From positions 36,595-100,594 of the forward strand of contig JAKPKY010000165.1 of the NCBI GenBank assembly GCA_029553505.1: DNA of 64,000 nucleotides, written 5' to 3'. The stretch's first letter is position 1; every line of letters starts with the position of its first letter. The stretch comes from Planctomycetota bacterium. Lineage in GTDB: Bacteria; Planctomycetota; Phycisphaerae; SM23-33. The translations under genes and the position numbers were made by a program. The notes beneath the pieces are model-generated. The model was given only the letters and a program-made list of their open reading frames with translations. It searched no databases and was not told the origin of the DNA. Shown piece by piece: positions 1 to 9,069 of this stretch.

Positions 1-1561
1 TGAGGTTCCACGTCATGTGGAAGTGGTTGGCCGGGGCGTACTGCTTGTACTCGGCCATCGTGGCGTACCTGGGCACGACGAACGTGTGGGGCCAGGTGGG
101 CGTGGAGGTGTTGGCCACCGCCTGGGCGAGCGCGGCGGGCATCTCGGTGGTGCAGGCCTCGTCCCAGACCATCCCAAACCGCCCGGTGTCGTGGCAGAAG
201 GCCATCCGCGCGGCGATCCCCTCGATTCCGCCGGGGGTCATGAACGTCACGCTGTTCCCGCCGCCGGGGAAGTAGCCCGGGTCGGCCAGCGGCATGGAGA
301 CGGACTTCATCAGCGCCTCGGGCTTTGCGCCGGGCTTGCCCGCCCAGTTGAAGCTGGCCGAGCCGCTGTTGTCGCCGTCGACGAATCCGCGCTTCGCCCA
401 GAGCTCCTTTCCGGTGATGGAAATCTTGAGTTTTTTCGCCAGCGCCTCGATCTCCCAGGATTCCCAGACCTTGCGGAAGTCCATGAACAGCGGCGGGTTT
501 CCGCCCGACAGCCAGGTCATGAACAGCATCGTCAGCAGGCCCTGCATGTCGGCCTCGGTGGCGTAGGGCAGGGCGGGCTTCTCGCCGCGGTGGTCGAAGG
601 TGGAGTTGAAGAGGCTCTCCATGGCGTCTGCCACCGGCAGCGGCAGGCCGCGCGGGTCGCTGCCCCATTCGAGCTGGCTCATGAACCCGCCGCCGACGGC
701 ATTGAGATCTTCCATCAGGTCGCGGACGATCAGGTACATCGCCAGCGACTGCTCGAAGCGCTTCGCGTCGTCCTCGCCCTTGAGCTCCAGGCGCTTACCG
801 ACGAGCTTGTCGATCCACGCCCGCAAGGCGGCGAGCTCCTTCTTGTCGTACGCGCCCTTCTCGATCATGTCGCGCAGGAGCTTCATGTCCAGGCGGGTGA
901 TCTCCAGGCCGAAGATCCGCCGGGTGGGGATGATGTGACTGAGGGCGGTCTCCATGCCCATCGAGTCGTGCCCGAAGACGACGACGCGCCGGCCTTTCAA
1001 GCCGGCGAAGGTCAGTGCGGCGTAGCACCAGTCGATCAGGGCCTCTGCCGTCGCGTCGGTCATCTTGGGCTTGGCGCCGGTGTCGGGCCAGGTGCCGACG
1101 TTCAACGCGGCCAGGCGGCCCATCTGCGCCAGCGCGCCGTTGACCGCGTGGGCGTAAACCACGCCGGGCTTGGGCCCGCTGTTTCCGCAGGTGATGTTGA
1201 CCGGCAGGTCGGCGGGGAAGTGGCTCAGAAGGCTCACGAGCGTCAGTTGGGGGAAGGCCCAGGTGTCCGGCGCGAGGACGATCGCGTCGACGCCGGCGTC
1301 CTTGAACTGCCGGGCGACGAGGTCGGCCTGCTTCTCCCCGTCGATCAGGACGGTGGAGTAGACCACGCGGACGGGCGAACCGTCGGGCATCTTCACGCCG
1401 CCGGCGACGACCGACGCGACCATCTCCACGATGTTCACGCAGCGCTCGCGCGAGGCGGCGTCGATGCGGGGGTCGCTGGTGGCGCAGACGCCGAAGGTCA
1501 CGGCCCGGGCGCTGGAGCCTCGGGGGACGGAAAGCTTGGTCGCGGTGGACGCGTTCGTCAT
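1..1561 (-). CDS. fucI: L-fucose/D-arabinose isomerase family protein (3' end runs off the window; absent from the ORF track)
   Basis: Manual translation from ATG at 1561 (RBS AGGAGA upstream): MTNASTATKL...TSDPRID...VKMPDGSPVRVVYS...DTWAFPQ; near the window edge TSTPTWPHTF...APANHFHMTWNL, resembling FucI C-terminal motifs. Confidence 0.75.
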   Translation of the reverse strand, partial: MTNASTATKLSVPRGSSARAVTFGVCATSDPRIDAASRERCVNIVEMVASVVAGGVKMPDGSPVRVVYSTVLIDGEKQADLVARQFKDAGVDAIVLAPDTWAFPQLTLVSLLSHFPADLPVNITCGNSGPKPGVVYAHAVNGALAQMGRLAALNVGTWPDTGAKPKMTDATAEALIDWCYAALTFAGLKGRRVVVFGHDSMGMETALSHIIPTRRIFGLEITRLDMKLLRDMIEKGAYDKKELAALRAWIDKLVGKRLELKGEDDAKRFEQSLAMYLIVRDLMEDLNAVGGGFMSQLEWGSDPRGLPLPVADAMESLFNSTFDHRGEKPALPYATEADMQGLLTMLFMTWLSGGNPPLFMDFRKVWESWEIEALAKKLKISITGKELWAKRGFVDGDNSGSASFNWAGKPGAKPEALMKSVSMPLADPGYFPGGGNSVTFMTPGGIEGIAARMAFCHDTGRFGMVWDEACTTEMPAALAQAVANTSTPTWPHTFVVPRYATMAEYKQYAPANHFHMTWNL

Positions 1562-1746
1562 GACGAATCTCCTCTGAGGTTCAGGAATGTCAGCCGCCTT
1601 CCCGAAGGAAGCGGGGCGACCATCTTACCCCCCGGCCGGAAAGCAACTCAATACCCGGATTGCGGTTTTTGCCCGCGGGCGGCGGAGGGCTATAATGCGC
1701 CGTCCGCGGGAACCCGCAGGCGCAACCAACGGAAAGGAGCGACGCG

Positions 1747-2328
1747 ATGGCCTTCACATTGCAAATCGGAGACGAGGCGCCGGACTTCCAACTGCCCGGC
1801 GTGGACGGAAAGACATACCGGCTGGCCGACTTCGCCCACGCGAAGGTGCTGGTCGTGTTCTTCACCTGCAACCACTGCCCGTTCGTGGTCGGCTCGGAGC
1901 GGCGCATCGCCGCGCTGCACGACCGGTTCCACCCGAAGGGCGTCGATTGGGTGGGCATCAACTCCAACGAGACGGAGAAACACCCCACCGACAGTTTCGA
2001 GCACATGAAGAAGCGCGCGAAGGAAGCGGGCCTGCGCTACCCCTACCTGCGGGACGATTCGCAGGACGTCGCGCGGGCCTACGGCGCGCTGCGCACGCCG
2101 CATTTCTTCGTCTTCGACGCGGACCGGCGCCTGCGATACACCGGCCGGCTGGACGACAGCCCCCGCGCGGAAGGCAAGCAGACCACCCACGAGCTTTGCG
2201 ACGCCCTGGAGGCGCTGCTGGCCGGGCAAACCCCGCCGACGCCCGTGACCAATCCCATCGGCTGCAACGTCAAGTGGAAGGGCCAGCCCGAACACTGGAT
2301 GCCCCCCGAGGCATGCGACCTGGTGTAA
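1747..2328 (+). CDS. Thioredoxin-fold AhpC/TSA (peroxiredoxin-like) protein
   Basis: APDFQLPGVDGK, FTCNHCP, YPYLRDDSQDVARAYGALRTPHFF, IGCNVKW; RBS AAAGGAG. Confidence 0.9.
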   Translation: MAFTLQIGDEAPDFQLPGVDGKTYRLADFAHAKVLVVFFTCNHCPFVVGSERRIAALHDRFHPKGVDWVGINSNETEKHPTDSFEHMKKRAKEAGLRYPYLRDDSQDVARAYGALRTPHFFVFDADRRLRYTGRLDDSPRAEGKQTTHELCDALEALLAGQTPPTPVTNPIGCNVKWKGQPEHWMPPEACDLV

Positions 2329-2451
2329 AATTTGGAGACATAAGGGAGTGTAAGTTTTAATCTTACATCGGTAAGCTACTTCAATAGAAGGATATACGTT
2401 TTGGACTGGCAAGTGTTGCATAAACATTTTTACCCATAGGGTCAATAGCCC

Positions 2452-2480
2452 TTGACAATTATTTTCTCACAACCTACAAT
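2452..2480 (+). promoter_or_regulatory. Sigma70-type promoter of the higBA operon
   Basis: TTGACA (2452-2457), 17-nt spacer, TACAAT (2475-2480); palindromes nearby at 2349-2367 and 2429-2456. Confidence 0.8.
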
Positions 2481-2495
2481 TGGGGAGACTGGGAA

Positions 2496-2792
2496 GTGAA
2501 GCACATCTTCGCCAGTAAAAAGTTGCAACGTCTGTATTCGGAAAAGGATTATTCCGCAGGATATTCCCACGAGATTGTCAAGGCATTCCGGAAACGGGTG
2601 CAACAGATCGCGGCGGCGAGAGATGAACGCGATCTCTATGCTCTCAAATCACTGCATTTTGAAAAGTTAAAAGGCTCCAGGTCGCATCAACGATCCATCC
2701 GCCTCGACAAGCAGTACCGTTTGATCCTTGAAATCCAACGGGACGCTGGCGGCAACGTGATGATACTCATCGACATCGAGGATTATCACTAG
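2496..2792 (+). CDS. higB: HigB-like toxin (RelE/ParE superfamily)
   Basis: 98 aa; LHFEKLKGSRSHQRSIRLDKQYRLI and C-terminal IEDYH typical of HigB; lies upstream of the antitoxin. Confidence 0.9.
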   Translation: MKHIFASKKLQRLYSEKDYSAGYSHEIVKAFRKRVQQIAAARDERDLYALKSLHFEKLKGSRSHQRSIRLDKQYRLILEIQRDAGGNVMILIDIEDYH

Positions 2793-2808
2793 GTCAGGAA
2801 GAAAGTAC

Positions 2809-3957
2809 ATGACAGACAATGCCACATCTCCAGCCGAGGTGTTTCCTCCCGGAGAGTTCATCCGCGAAGAGCTTGAAGCTCGCGGCTGGACCCAGGAAGA
2901 CCTTTCGCGAATCCTCGACAGGCCCATCAAGACGGTCAATCAGATCATCACCGCCAAGAAGCAAATCACTCCTGATACGGCGGTCGAGTTGAGCCAGGCG
3001 TTCGGAACAAGCGCGGAATTTTGGCTGAACCTCGAATCTGCCTATCGTTTGTCTTTGGCCCGACAGGACAAAAGCGATGTTGGGCGAAGGGCAGTAATCT
3101 ATTCTTTCGCTCCTGTAAAAGAAATGTTCTCGCGAGGTTGGATTACAGCGGACCCCAAAACAGAGCTTGGCAATCTGGAACGCGAACTCTGCAAATTCTA
3201 TTCGGTGGAATCCTTGGCGCAAAAACCCCCCCTTCGCTATGCAGCCCGTTCTTCCGCCATGGGACATGTTGCCATCCCCGCACAGGTGGCTTGGGTAACG
3301 CGCGTGAAACACCTTGCTTCCCGTATGCGGGCATGCAAGTATTCCGAAAAAGCACTTCGAGAGCAGATTCCGCGGATTCTTGGGCTTTCCCGCCTGGAGG
3401 GGCAGGTGGCGAAGCTTCCGGTCGTTCTCTCCGAGTTGGGAGTGCGCCTGGTTTTCGTGCCGCATCTTTCGCAGACGAAAATAGACGGCGCCGCCTTGTG
3501 GCTGGATGACGATTCGCCTGTTGTTGGACTTTCGCTCCGGCACGATAGGATTGACAATTTCTGGTTCACCTTGATGCACGAACTAGCTCATATTGTATGT
3601 CGCCACTCAAAAAACGAGGCCATTGTTGATAACCAGCTTGTCGGCGCAGACAGATGTGATCCTGAGGATATGGCAACCATCGAAAAAGAAGCGGATCAGT
3701 TGGCAAGAAAGTGGCTTGTGCCGGAAAAGGAATTAAAGAGCTTTATCGCCGGGACTGCGCCGTATTTTAGCCGGCAACGCATCGAAGAATTTTCCGAAAA
3801 ACTGGGGATACATCCCGGGATCGTAGAGGGGCGTTTACAATTTGAGCAACAAGTGCCCTACTCTCATTTGCGAGGTTTACTCACTCCCGTGCGTCGGTTC
3901 ATTGTAAATGGCGGGCTACTTGACCAGTTGCCTTCCTCTTTAACCAGCGCAGCTTGA
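2809..3957 (+). CDS. higA: HigA antitoxin HTH fused to ImmA/IrrE (Peptidase M78) domain
   Basis: PPGEFIREEL...WTQEDLS...ITPDTAVELSQAFGTSAEFWLNLE (HigA HTH); DNFWFTLMHELAH (HExxH) and EKEAD. Confidence 0.88.
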   Translation: MTDNATSPAEVFPPGEFIREELEARGWTQEDLSRILDRPIKTVNQIITAKKQITPDTAVELSQAFGTSAEFWLNLESAYRLSLARQDKSDVGRRAVIYSFAPVKEMFSRGWITADPKTELGNLERELCKFYSVESLAQKPPLRYAARSSAMGHVAIPAQVAWVTRVKHLASRMRACKYSEKALREQIPRILGLSRLEGQVAKLPVVLSELGVRLVFVPHLSQTKIDGAALWLDDDSPVVGLSLRHDRIDNFWFTLMHELAHIVCRHSKNEAIVDNQLVGADRCDPEDMATIEKEADQLARKWLVPEKELKSFIAGTAPYFSRQRIEEFSEKLGIHPGIVEGRLQFEQQVPYSHLRGLLTPVRRFIVNGGLLDQLPSSLTSAA

Positions 3958-4032
3958 TTCCGTATTTATGTTTTCGCATTGCCAGCCCCTGTTCCTTGAC
4001 AGGTTGGCGGCGCGAGCGTATAGGTTCCGGCC

Positions 4033-5196
4033 ATGAATGAGACCCTAGAGCCATTGCGGAAGCGTTTTGCGGAGCTGTACGGGCGAGCGCCGGCAGGGGC
4101 GGTCCGCGCGCCGGGGCGCGTGAACCTCATCGGCGAGCACACCGATTACAACGACGGATTCGTGCTGCCGATCGCCATCGAGAAGCGGACGGCCGCGGTG
4201 TACGCGCCGGGCGCGGGGCGGCGGGTGCGGCTGGCGTCGGTCCAGCAGCCTGGCCTGGACGCCGTGATCGACCTGGACGGGGCAATCGCCAAGGGCGAGC
4301 CGAAGTGGGCCAACTACTGCCGGGGCGTGGCGGCCGGGCTGGCGGCGCGGGGCCTGAAACTCGCCGCCTGCGACGTGCTGTTCGACAGCGACGTGCCCAT
4401 CGGCGGCGGGCTGAGCAGTTCGGCCTCGCTGGAGGTGGCCACGGCGCTGGCGCTGCTGGGCAGCGCGGGGTTGTCCGGCGCGGTGCCGCCGTACGAGCTG
4501 GCCAAGCTCTGCCAGAAGGCCGAGCACGACTACGCGGGCACGCCCTGCGGCATCATGGACCAGGCGATCAGCGTGATGGGACAGGCCGGGCACGCCCTGC
4601 TGCTGGACTGCCGCGACGGGGCGGTGCGCCAGGTCCCGTTCGACGATCCGGACGTGGTGCTGCTGGTGGCCGACACGCAGGTCAAGCACGACCTGACGGA
4701 CGGCGGATACGCCGCGCGGCGCGCGCAGTGCCACAGCGCGGCGGCCAAGCTGGGCGCCGTGAGCCTGCGCGAGGTCGATGGGTCGGCGGTGGCTGCGGCA
4801 GGGGCGGCCGGGAAACTCGACGCCAAGGAAGTCATGCGGGCGCGGCACGTCGTCGGGGAGATCGAGCGAACGGTCCAGGCCGTCGCGGCGCTGGAGGCGC
4901 ACGACTACGCGCGGTTCGGCGAGTTGATGGTCGGCTCGCACGAGTCGCTGCGGGACGACTACGAGGTCAGTTGCGAGGAGCTGGACGCGATCGTCGAGCT
5001 GGCGCTGGGGCAGCGCGGGGTGTTCGGGGCGCGGATGACCGGCGGCGGGTTCGGCGGGTGCGCCATCGTGCTGGTGGAGGCGGCGCGGGCGGATGCGACG
5101 GGCGAAGCCGTCCGCGAAGGCTTCGTGAAACGTTTCGGGCGGCGCTGCCCGGTCTTCGCCACGCACGCCGCAGCCGGCGCGAGCCCGATCGGCTGA
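4033..5196 (+). CDS. galK: Galactokinase
   Basis: APGRVNLIGEHTDYNDGFVLP, GGGLSSSAS, CGIMDQ, GARMTGGGFGG. Confidence 0.97.
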   Translation: MNETLEPLRKRFAELYGRAPAGAVRAPGRVNLIGEHTDYNDGFVLPIAIEKRTAAVYAPGAGRRVRLASVQQPGLDAVIDLDGAIAKGEPKWANYCRGVAAGLAARGLKLAACDVLFDSDVPIGGGLSSSASLEVATALALLGSAGLSGAVPPYELAKLCQKAEHDYAGTPCGIMDQAISVMGQAGHALLLDCRDGAVRQVPFDDPDVVLLVADTQVKHDLTDGGYAARRAQCHSAAAKLGAVSLREVDGSAVAAAGAAGKLDAKEVMRARHVVGEIERTVQAVAALEAHDYARFGELMVGSHESLRDDYEVSCEELDAIVELALGQRGVFGARMTGGGFGGCAIVLVEAARADATGEAVREGFVKRFGRRCPVFATHAAAGASPIG

Positions 5197-5224
5197 GACT
5201 TTTCGCGTTCTCAGTGACGCCATT

Positions 5225-5305
5225 GGGTGGCACGGCTTGCTCGCAAGCCGTGTTGGGATTGCCCCCAGACGCGGGAACACGGGCTGCAAGCAGCCCGTGC
5301 CACCC
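5225..5305. repeat. REP-like doublet, family A (GGGTGGCAC...GTGCCACCC)
   Basis: Two inverted hairpin units; related copies at 26251-26326 and 32736-32807, single units at 24614-24643 and 35105-35134. Confidence 0.85.
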
Positions 5306-5337
5306 TCCCATGATGAATCGCTTACAACGCGAGCGCA

Positions 5338-5379
5338 GAACAAGGCCCGCGGAGTTCGTCACCGCGGGCCTTGTGTTTT
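5338..5379. terminator. Probable intrinsic terminator between convergent genes
   Basis: CAAGGCCCGCGG-loop-CCGCGGGCCTTG followed by TGTTTT. Confidence 0.6.
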
Positions 5380-5400
5380 GCGTCCGGCGTTGGTGAAGCG

Positions 5401-6153
5401 TCAGTCGGCCTTTTCTTCGGCCGGCTTGTCCTTCTTCTTTCTTTCGCCTTCAGGCTTCTTTCCGCCTTCGCGCCCCTTCTCGTCGTGGGCGGTCATCTTG
5501 GCGCGCTGCTCGTCGTTCAGCACCTTCTCGGCGATGTCCTTGTTGAGCTTCCCGAGCATCTCGCCCTTGGCCTTCTTGTCCGCCTGGGCGGCGAAATCGG
5601 CGCCGACGGCGCCGCACAGCTCGCGCACCTTGGCGTTCTGCTCCTCGGAGAGGTCCAGGCGCTTATAGCGGCGCATCACCAGCTGGAAGAGCTGGAATCC
5701 CTGCCACTTCTTGGCCTGCTCCGGCGTGAGGATGCCCAGGATCGCGTCTTGGTGTTTCTTCTCAATCTCGCCGCGTTTGGCCATCAGGGCCTTGAGGTCT
5801 TTCTCGGCCTGCTCGGCCTTGGCCTTGTCCTCGCCCTTCATGACCTCCCGGAGTTCCTTCATCTTCTCGCCGTTTTCCTGCTGGAAGGCGTTCATGGCCT
5901 GTTCCTTGGCCTTGGCGAACTCGGCGAGTTTCGCCTGCTGGGCCTCGTCCAGACCGAGTTCCCTGACCATTTGGGCGTACTGGCCTCGCAGGCCCTTCTT
6001 CTCGCCCTTGTCCCCCCCGTCTTTCTTCTGGGCGGCCTTGGCGTCCCTCTTCTTGCCTTCCTTCCCGTTGTCGCCCTCGGCCCGCAGCGCCATCGGCGAA
6101 ATCACCAGGACCAACGCCGTCAGACCTGCCATCCACCAACGCAACGTTTTCAT
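5401..6153 (-). CDS. Secreted Lys/Glu-rich helical protein with LTxxQ-like repeats (Spy/CpxP-like)
   Basis: Signal peptide ending ALRA-E; LGLDEAQ, ILTPEQ, LDLSEEQ, VLNDEQ motifs. Confidence 0.6.
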   Translation of the reverse strand: MKTLRWWMAGLTALVLVISPMALRAEGDNGKEGKKRDAKAAQKKDGGDKGEKKGLRGQYAQMVRELGLDEAQQAKLAEFAKAKEQAMNAFQQENGEKMKELREVMKGEDKAKAEQAEKDLKALMAKRGEIEKKHQDAILGILTPEQAKKWQGFQLFQLVMRRYKRLDLSEEQNAKVRELCGAVGADFAAQADKKAKGEMLGKLNKDIAEKVLNDEQRAKMTAHDEKGREGGKKPEGERKKKDKPAEEKAD

Positions 6154-6425
6154 CGTCGAACTCCCACAAGGGGCCCGATACGCAGGAGGATCGCACTTGG
6201 CCCGGCGGGTGCGATTCCATCGCCGACGGCCGCAAGGCCACCCCGGCCCCGCGGAATGCCGTCAGGAACTGTGATTATAGTGTAACGCAGCCGGGGAAGC
6301 GATGTTTCGTCGGGTCGAGAAACTTCTGCCAGACCGCGAGCGCCGACCGGGCCGCCGTTGTGACGGCAGGGACGTTGCGGTACGATATCCATAAGCAAGC
6401 CGGATGGGTCCGGCGCGGAGCGGAT

Positions 6426-7856
6426 ATGCAACTCGTTGTCTTGGTGGCGTTTGTGGTCAGCTTTGGGCTGGTGGACCTGTTGGCTTCCGACCCGCAGGGC
6501 GCCGCGGCGGCGCTGCGGACGCCGCCGGCGATGTTCCTGTCCGCCGTCGGCGGATACCTGCTCGTCGCGGGCGCGATGGCCTGGCTGAATACGCGACTCT
6601 CGCTGCGCCGCCTGGCGGGGCAGGCGGACCTACCGCCCCGCGCGCTGCGCCGCCACCACCTGCTGGCCGTGGCGACGGGCGTCTGGCTGGCGGCGGGTCT
6701 GGCGGGCGTGCTGCTGGCAGGCTACGGGCGCTGGCTGGTCGAAGACCTCCATCTGTCCGGCGTGCCGCTGGCGCCCAAGCTGCTGGCCGTCGCGCCGTTC
6801 CTGGCGGCGGTGGAGCTCGTCTGGCTGCTGGACTACCCGTACTACCGCGCGATCCGCCGGCGCATCTGGGCCGGGCGCGACGACGCGCCCTGCTGGTCGC
6901 CCGCGGAATACCTCGACTACAACACGCGGCACCACGTGCTGTTCATCGCCGTGCCGGTGGCGCTGATCGTGCTGGGGGTGGACCTGCTGGCGCTGGCTGC
7001 CCCGGCCCTCGACCGCGCGCTGCCCGCGCCGGCGGGGCAGATCGTCCATGCCGCGGGCAGCTTCGCCGTCGCCGGCGCGGTGTTCCTCCTGGCGCCGCTG
7101 CTGATCGTCCGCGTCTGGCGCACCGAGCGCCTGCCCGACGGCCCGCTGCGCGCCCGCCTGCGGGACACCTGCGTCCGCCTGGGCCTCCGCGTGCGCGACC
7201 TGCGCGTCTGGCGGTCGGGCGGGCAGATCGTCAACGCAGCCGTCATGGGCCTGGCCGCGCCCGTGCGCTACGTCCTGCTGACCGACGCGCTGCTGGAGCA
7301 CCTCGACGAGCGCGGCGTGGAGGCGGTCTTCGCCCACGAGGCGGGGCACATCGTCTCGCACCACATCTTCTACTCGGTGCTGCTGGTGCTCTCCGCCGCG
7401 GTCGGGTGCGCGGCCCTGGCGGAGCTGGCCGCCGGCGCGACGGGCCTCGGGCCGTGGGTTTCCGACCTGCTGGCCGTGGCGATGCTGGCGGGGGCGTGGG
7501 GTTTGGGCTTCGGGTGGGTCAGCCGGCGGTTCGAGCGCCAGTGCGACGTGCAGGCTGCGTGGGCGATGAGCGGCGCCGCGCCGCGCGACCGCGCCGCCGC
7601 CATCACGCCCGAAGGCGCCGCGACGTTCGCCTGGGCCCTCCAGCAGATCGCCCGCCTCAACGGCATCGCGCCGGAGCAGTTCAACTGGCGGCACGGGTCG
7701 ATCGCCCGGCGGGTCGAGCACGTGCTCTGGCTGGGCGCGACGGGCGGCACGCGCCAGGCCATCGACCGGACGGTCCGGCGGATCAAGGCGGCGCTCTGGC
7801 TGGCTGCCGGCGCGGCGGCCGCCCTGACGGCATGGTCCTTCTTCCAAACCGCATGA
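6426..7856 (+). CDS. M48 family (Ste24/HtpX-like) membrane metallopeptidase
   Basis: Multiple TM segments; VNAAVMG, AVFAHEAGH, SRRFERQCD, HGSIARRV; ATG 6426 after GGAG. Confidence 0.88.
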   Translation: MQLVVLVAFVVSFGLVDLLASDPQGAAAALRTPPAMFLSAVGGYLLVAGAMAWLNTRLSLRRLAGQADLPPRALRRHHLLAVATGVWLAAGLAGVLLAGYGRWLVEDLHLSGVPLAPKLLAVAPFLAAVELVWLLDYPYYRAIRRRIWAGRDDAPCWSPAEYLDYNTRHHVLFIAVPVALIVLGVDLLALAAPALDRALPAPAGQIVHAAGSFAVAGAVFLLAPLLIVRVWRTERLPDGPLRARLRDTCVRLGLRVRDLRVWRSGGQIVNAAVMGLAAPVRYVLLTDALLEHLDERGVEAVFAHEAGHIVSHHIFYSVLLVLSAAVGCAALAELAAGATGLGPWVSDLLAVAMLAGAWGLGFGWVSRRFERQCDVQAAWAMSGAAPRDRAAAITPEGAATFAWALQQIARLNGIAPEQFNWRHGSIARRVEHVLWLGATGGTRQAIDRTVRRIKAALWLAAGAAAALTAWSFFQTA

Positions 7857-7866
7857 GGTCAACTCC

Positions 7867-8760
7867 ATGAATCCCGCACAGGACACTCCCAAGGTCGCCA
7901 TCGTCACGGGCGCATCCAGCGGCATCGGCTGGCAGACGGTCCTGGCGTTCGCGCGTCGCGGCTGGTCCGTCGTGCCCGCCGCCCGGCGCGCGGCGCGCCT
8001 GGACGAGCTGGCCGACCGCTGCCGGGCGCTGGGCGCCCAGGCGCTGCCCGTGCCGACCGACGTGTCGAGGGAAGACCAGGTCGACGCCCTCGTCGCCCGC
8101 GCGATGGAACGCTTCGGGCGCATCGACGCGATGGTCAACAACGCCGGGCGCGGCGAGTTCGGGCGCGTCCACGAGATTTCCGACCGGCGGATGCGCGAGG
8201 TGTTCGACGTGAACTTTTACGGCGTCTTTTACGGCTGCAAGGCCGTCGCGCCGATCTTCATGGCCCGGCGGGGCGGGCACATCTTCAACGTCTCGTCGGT
8301 CATCGGCAAGCGCGCCACACCGTTCCACGGGGCGTACTGCGCCACCAAGTTCGCCGTCTGCGGGCTGACCGAGTCGTTGCGGGTGGAGATGAAGCCCTAC
8401 GGCGTGCGCGTCACGTCGGTGTGCCCCGCCCTGACGGACACGGAGTTCTTCGAGCACAGCCGGGGCGGACGATCCACCCAGTCGCGCTACGTCCGCCGCG
8501 AACGCATGACGGCGCCGGAGAAAATCGCCCGCGCGATTGTCCGCGCCGTCGGGCGCGACGTGCCGGAGATGGTCTTCACGGCAGGGGGAAAATGCCTGGT
8601 GGTGCTGAACACCCTTTGGCCGGCGGCGGCGGACTGGATCATGAAACGCTACCACGACGACCTACTCCGCGCCCGCGGGGAAGGCATGCCCCCCAATGGC
8701 GGGTCGAAATCCGCCGCGCGGGGCGGTACAATGCCTTCCGAGGAGGCGCGGACGCCATGA
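7867..8760 (+). CDS. Short-chain dehydrogenase/reductase
   Basis: TGASSGIG, VNNAG, YCATK. Confidence 0.95.
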   Translation: MNPAQDTPKVAIVTGASSGIGWQTVLAFARRGWSVVPAARRAARLDELADRCRALGAQALPVPTDVSREDQVDALVARAMERFGRIDAMVNNAGRGEFGRVHEISDRRMREVFDVNFYGVFYGCKAVAPIFMARRGGHIFNVSSVIGKRATPFHGAYCATKFAVCGLTESLRVEMKPYGVRVTSVCPALTDTEFFEHSRGGRSTQSRYVRRERMTAPEKIARAIVRAVGRDVPEMVFTAGGKCLVVLNTLWPAAADWIMKRYHDDLLRARGEGMPPNGGSKSAARGGTMPSEEARTP

Positions 8761-8906
8761 AACGAATCTGGATTCTTCTGGTCCTGGCGGCGATGGCGGT
8801 GGGCGGGTGCTTCCAGTCGCCACGGGAGATCAACGTCAACATCGGCTCGGGCGGCGACAAGGACGGCCGGGACCGCCCCTCGGCCCCGTCGCAACTGCCG
8901 GATTAG
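8757..8906 (+). CDS. Small predicted lipoprotein (49 aa)
   Basis: RBS GAGGAGG, ATGA overlap with SDR stop; MKRIWILLVLAAMAVGG-CFQSPREINVNIG lipobox; similar to the N-terminus of the next gene. Confidence 0.7.
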   Translation: MKRIWILLVLAAMAVGGCFQSPREINVNIGSGGDKDGRDRPSAPSQLPD

Positions 8907-8940
8907 ACAGATCGCGCCGCGTTTGCGCGGAACGAAAACC

Positions 8941-9030
8941 AGAGCGGGATTTCACGGATTCCCCCGATTCCACGGATGTTTTCGGAACAGATCCCTTGGT
9001 GGAATCTCTGAAATCCCATAATCCCGCTCT
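8941..9030. repeat. Palindromic intergenic repeat, family B (AGAGCGGGATT...AATCCCGCTCT)
   Basis: Inverted ends with internal GGATT/AATCC subrepeats; second copy at 41817-41988. Confidence 0.75.
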
Positions 9031-9069
9031 CTTTTTCCGGATTGGTCAGACGTGACAGGGAGGTACGGG

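Noticed and set aside
17..2008. 663-aa plus-strand ORF
   Set aside because: Antisense shadow of the fucose isomerase-like gene running into the Prx gene; no motifs
2329..3990. Prophage or integrative element around the TA pair
   Set aside because: No integrase, phage genes, tRNA target or flanking direct repeats found
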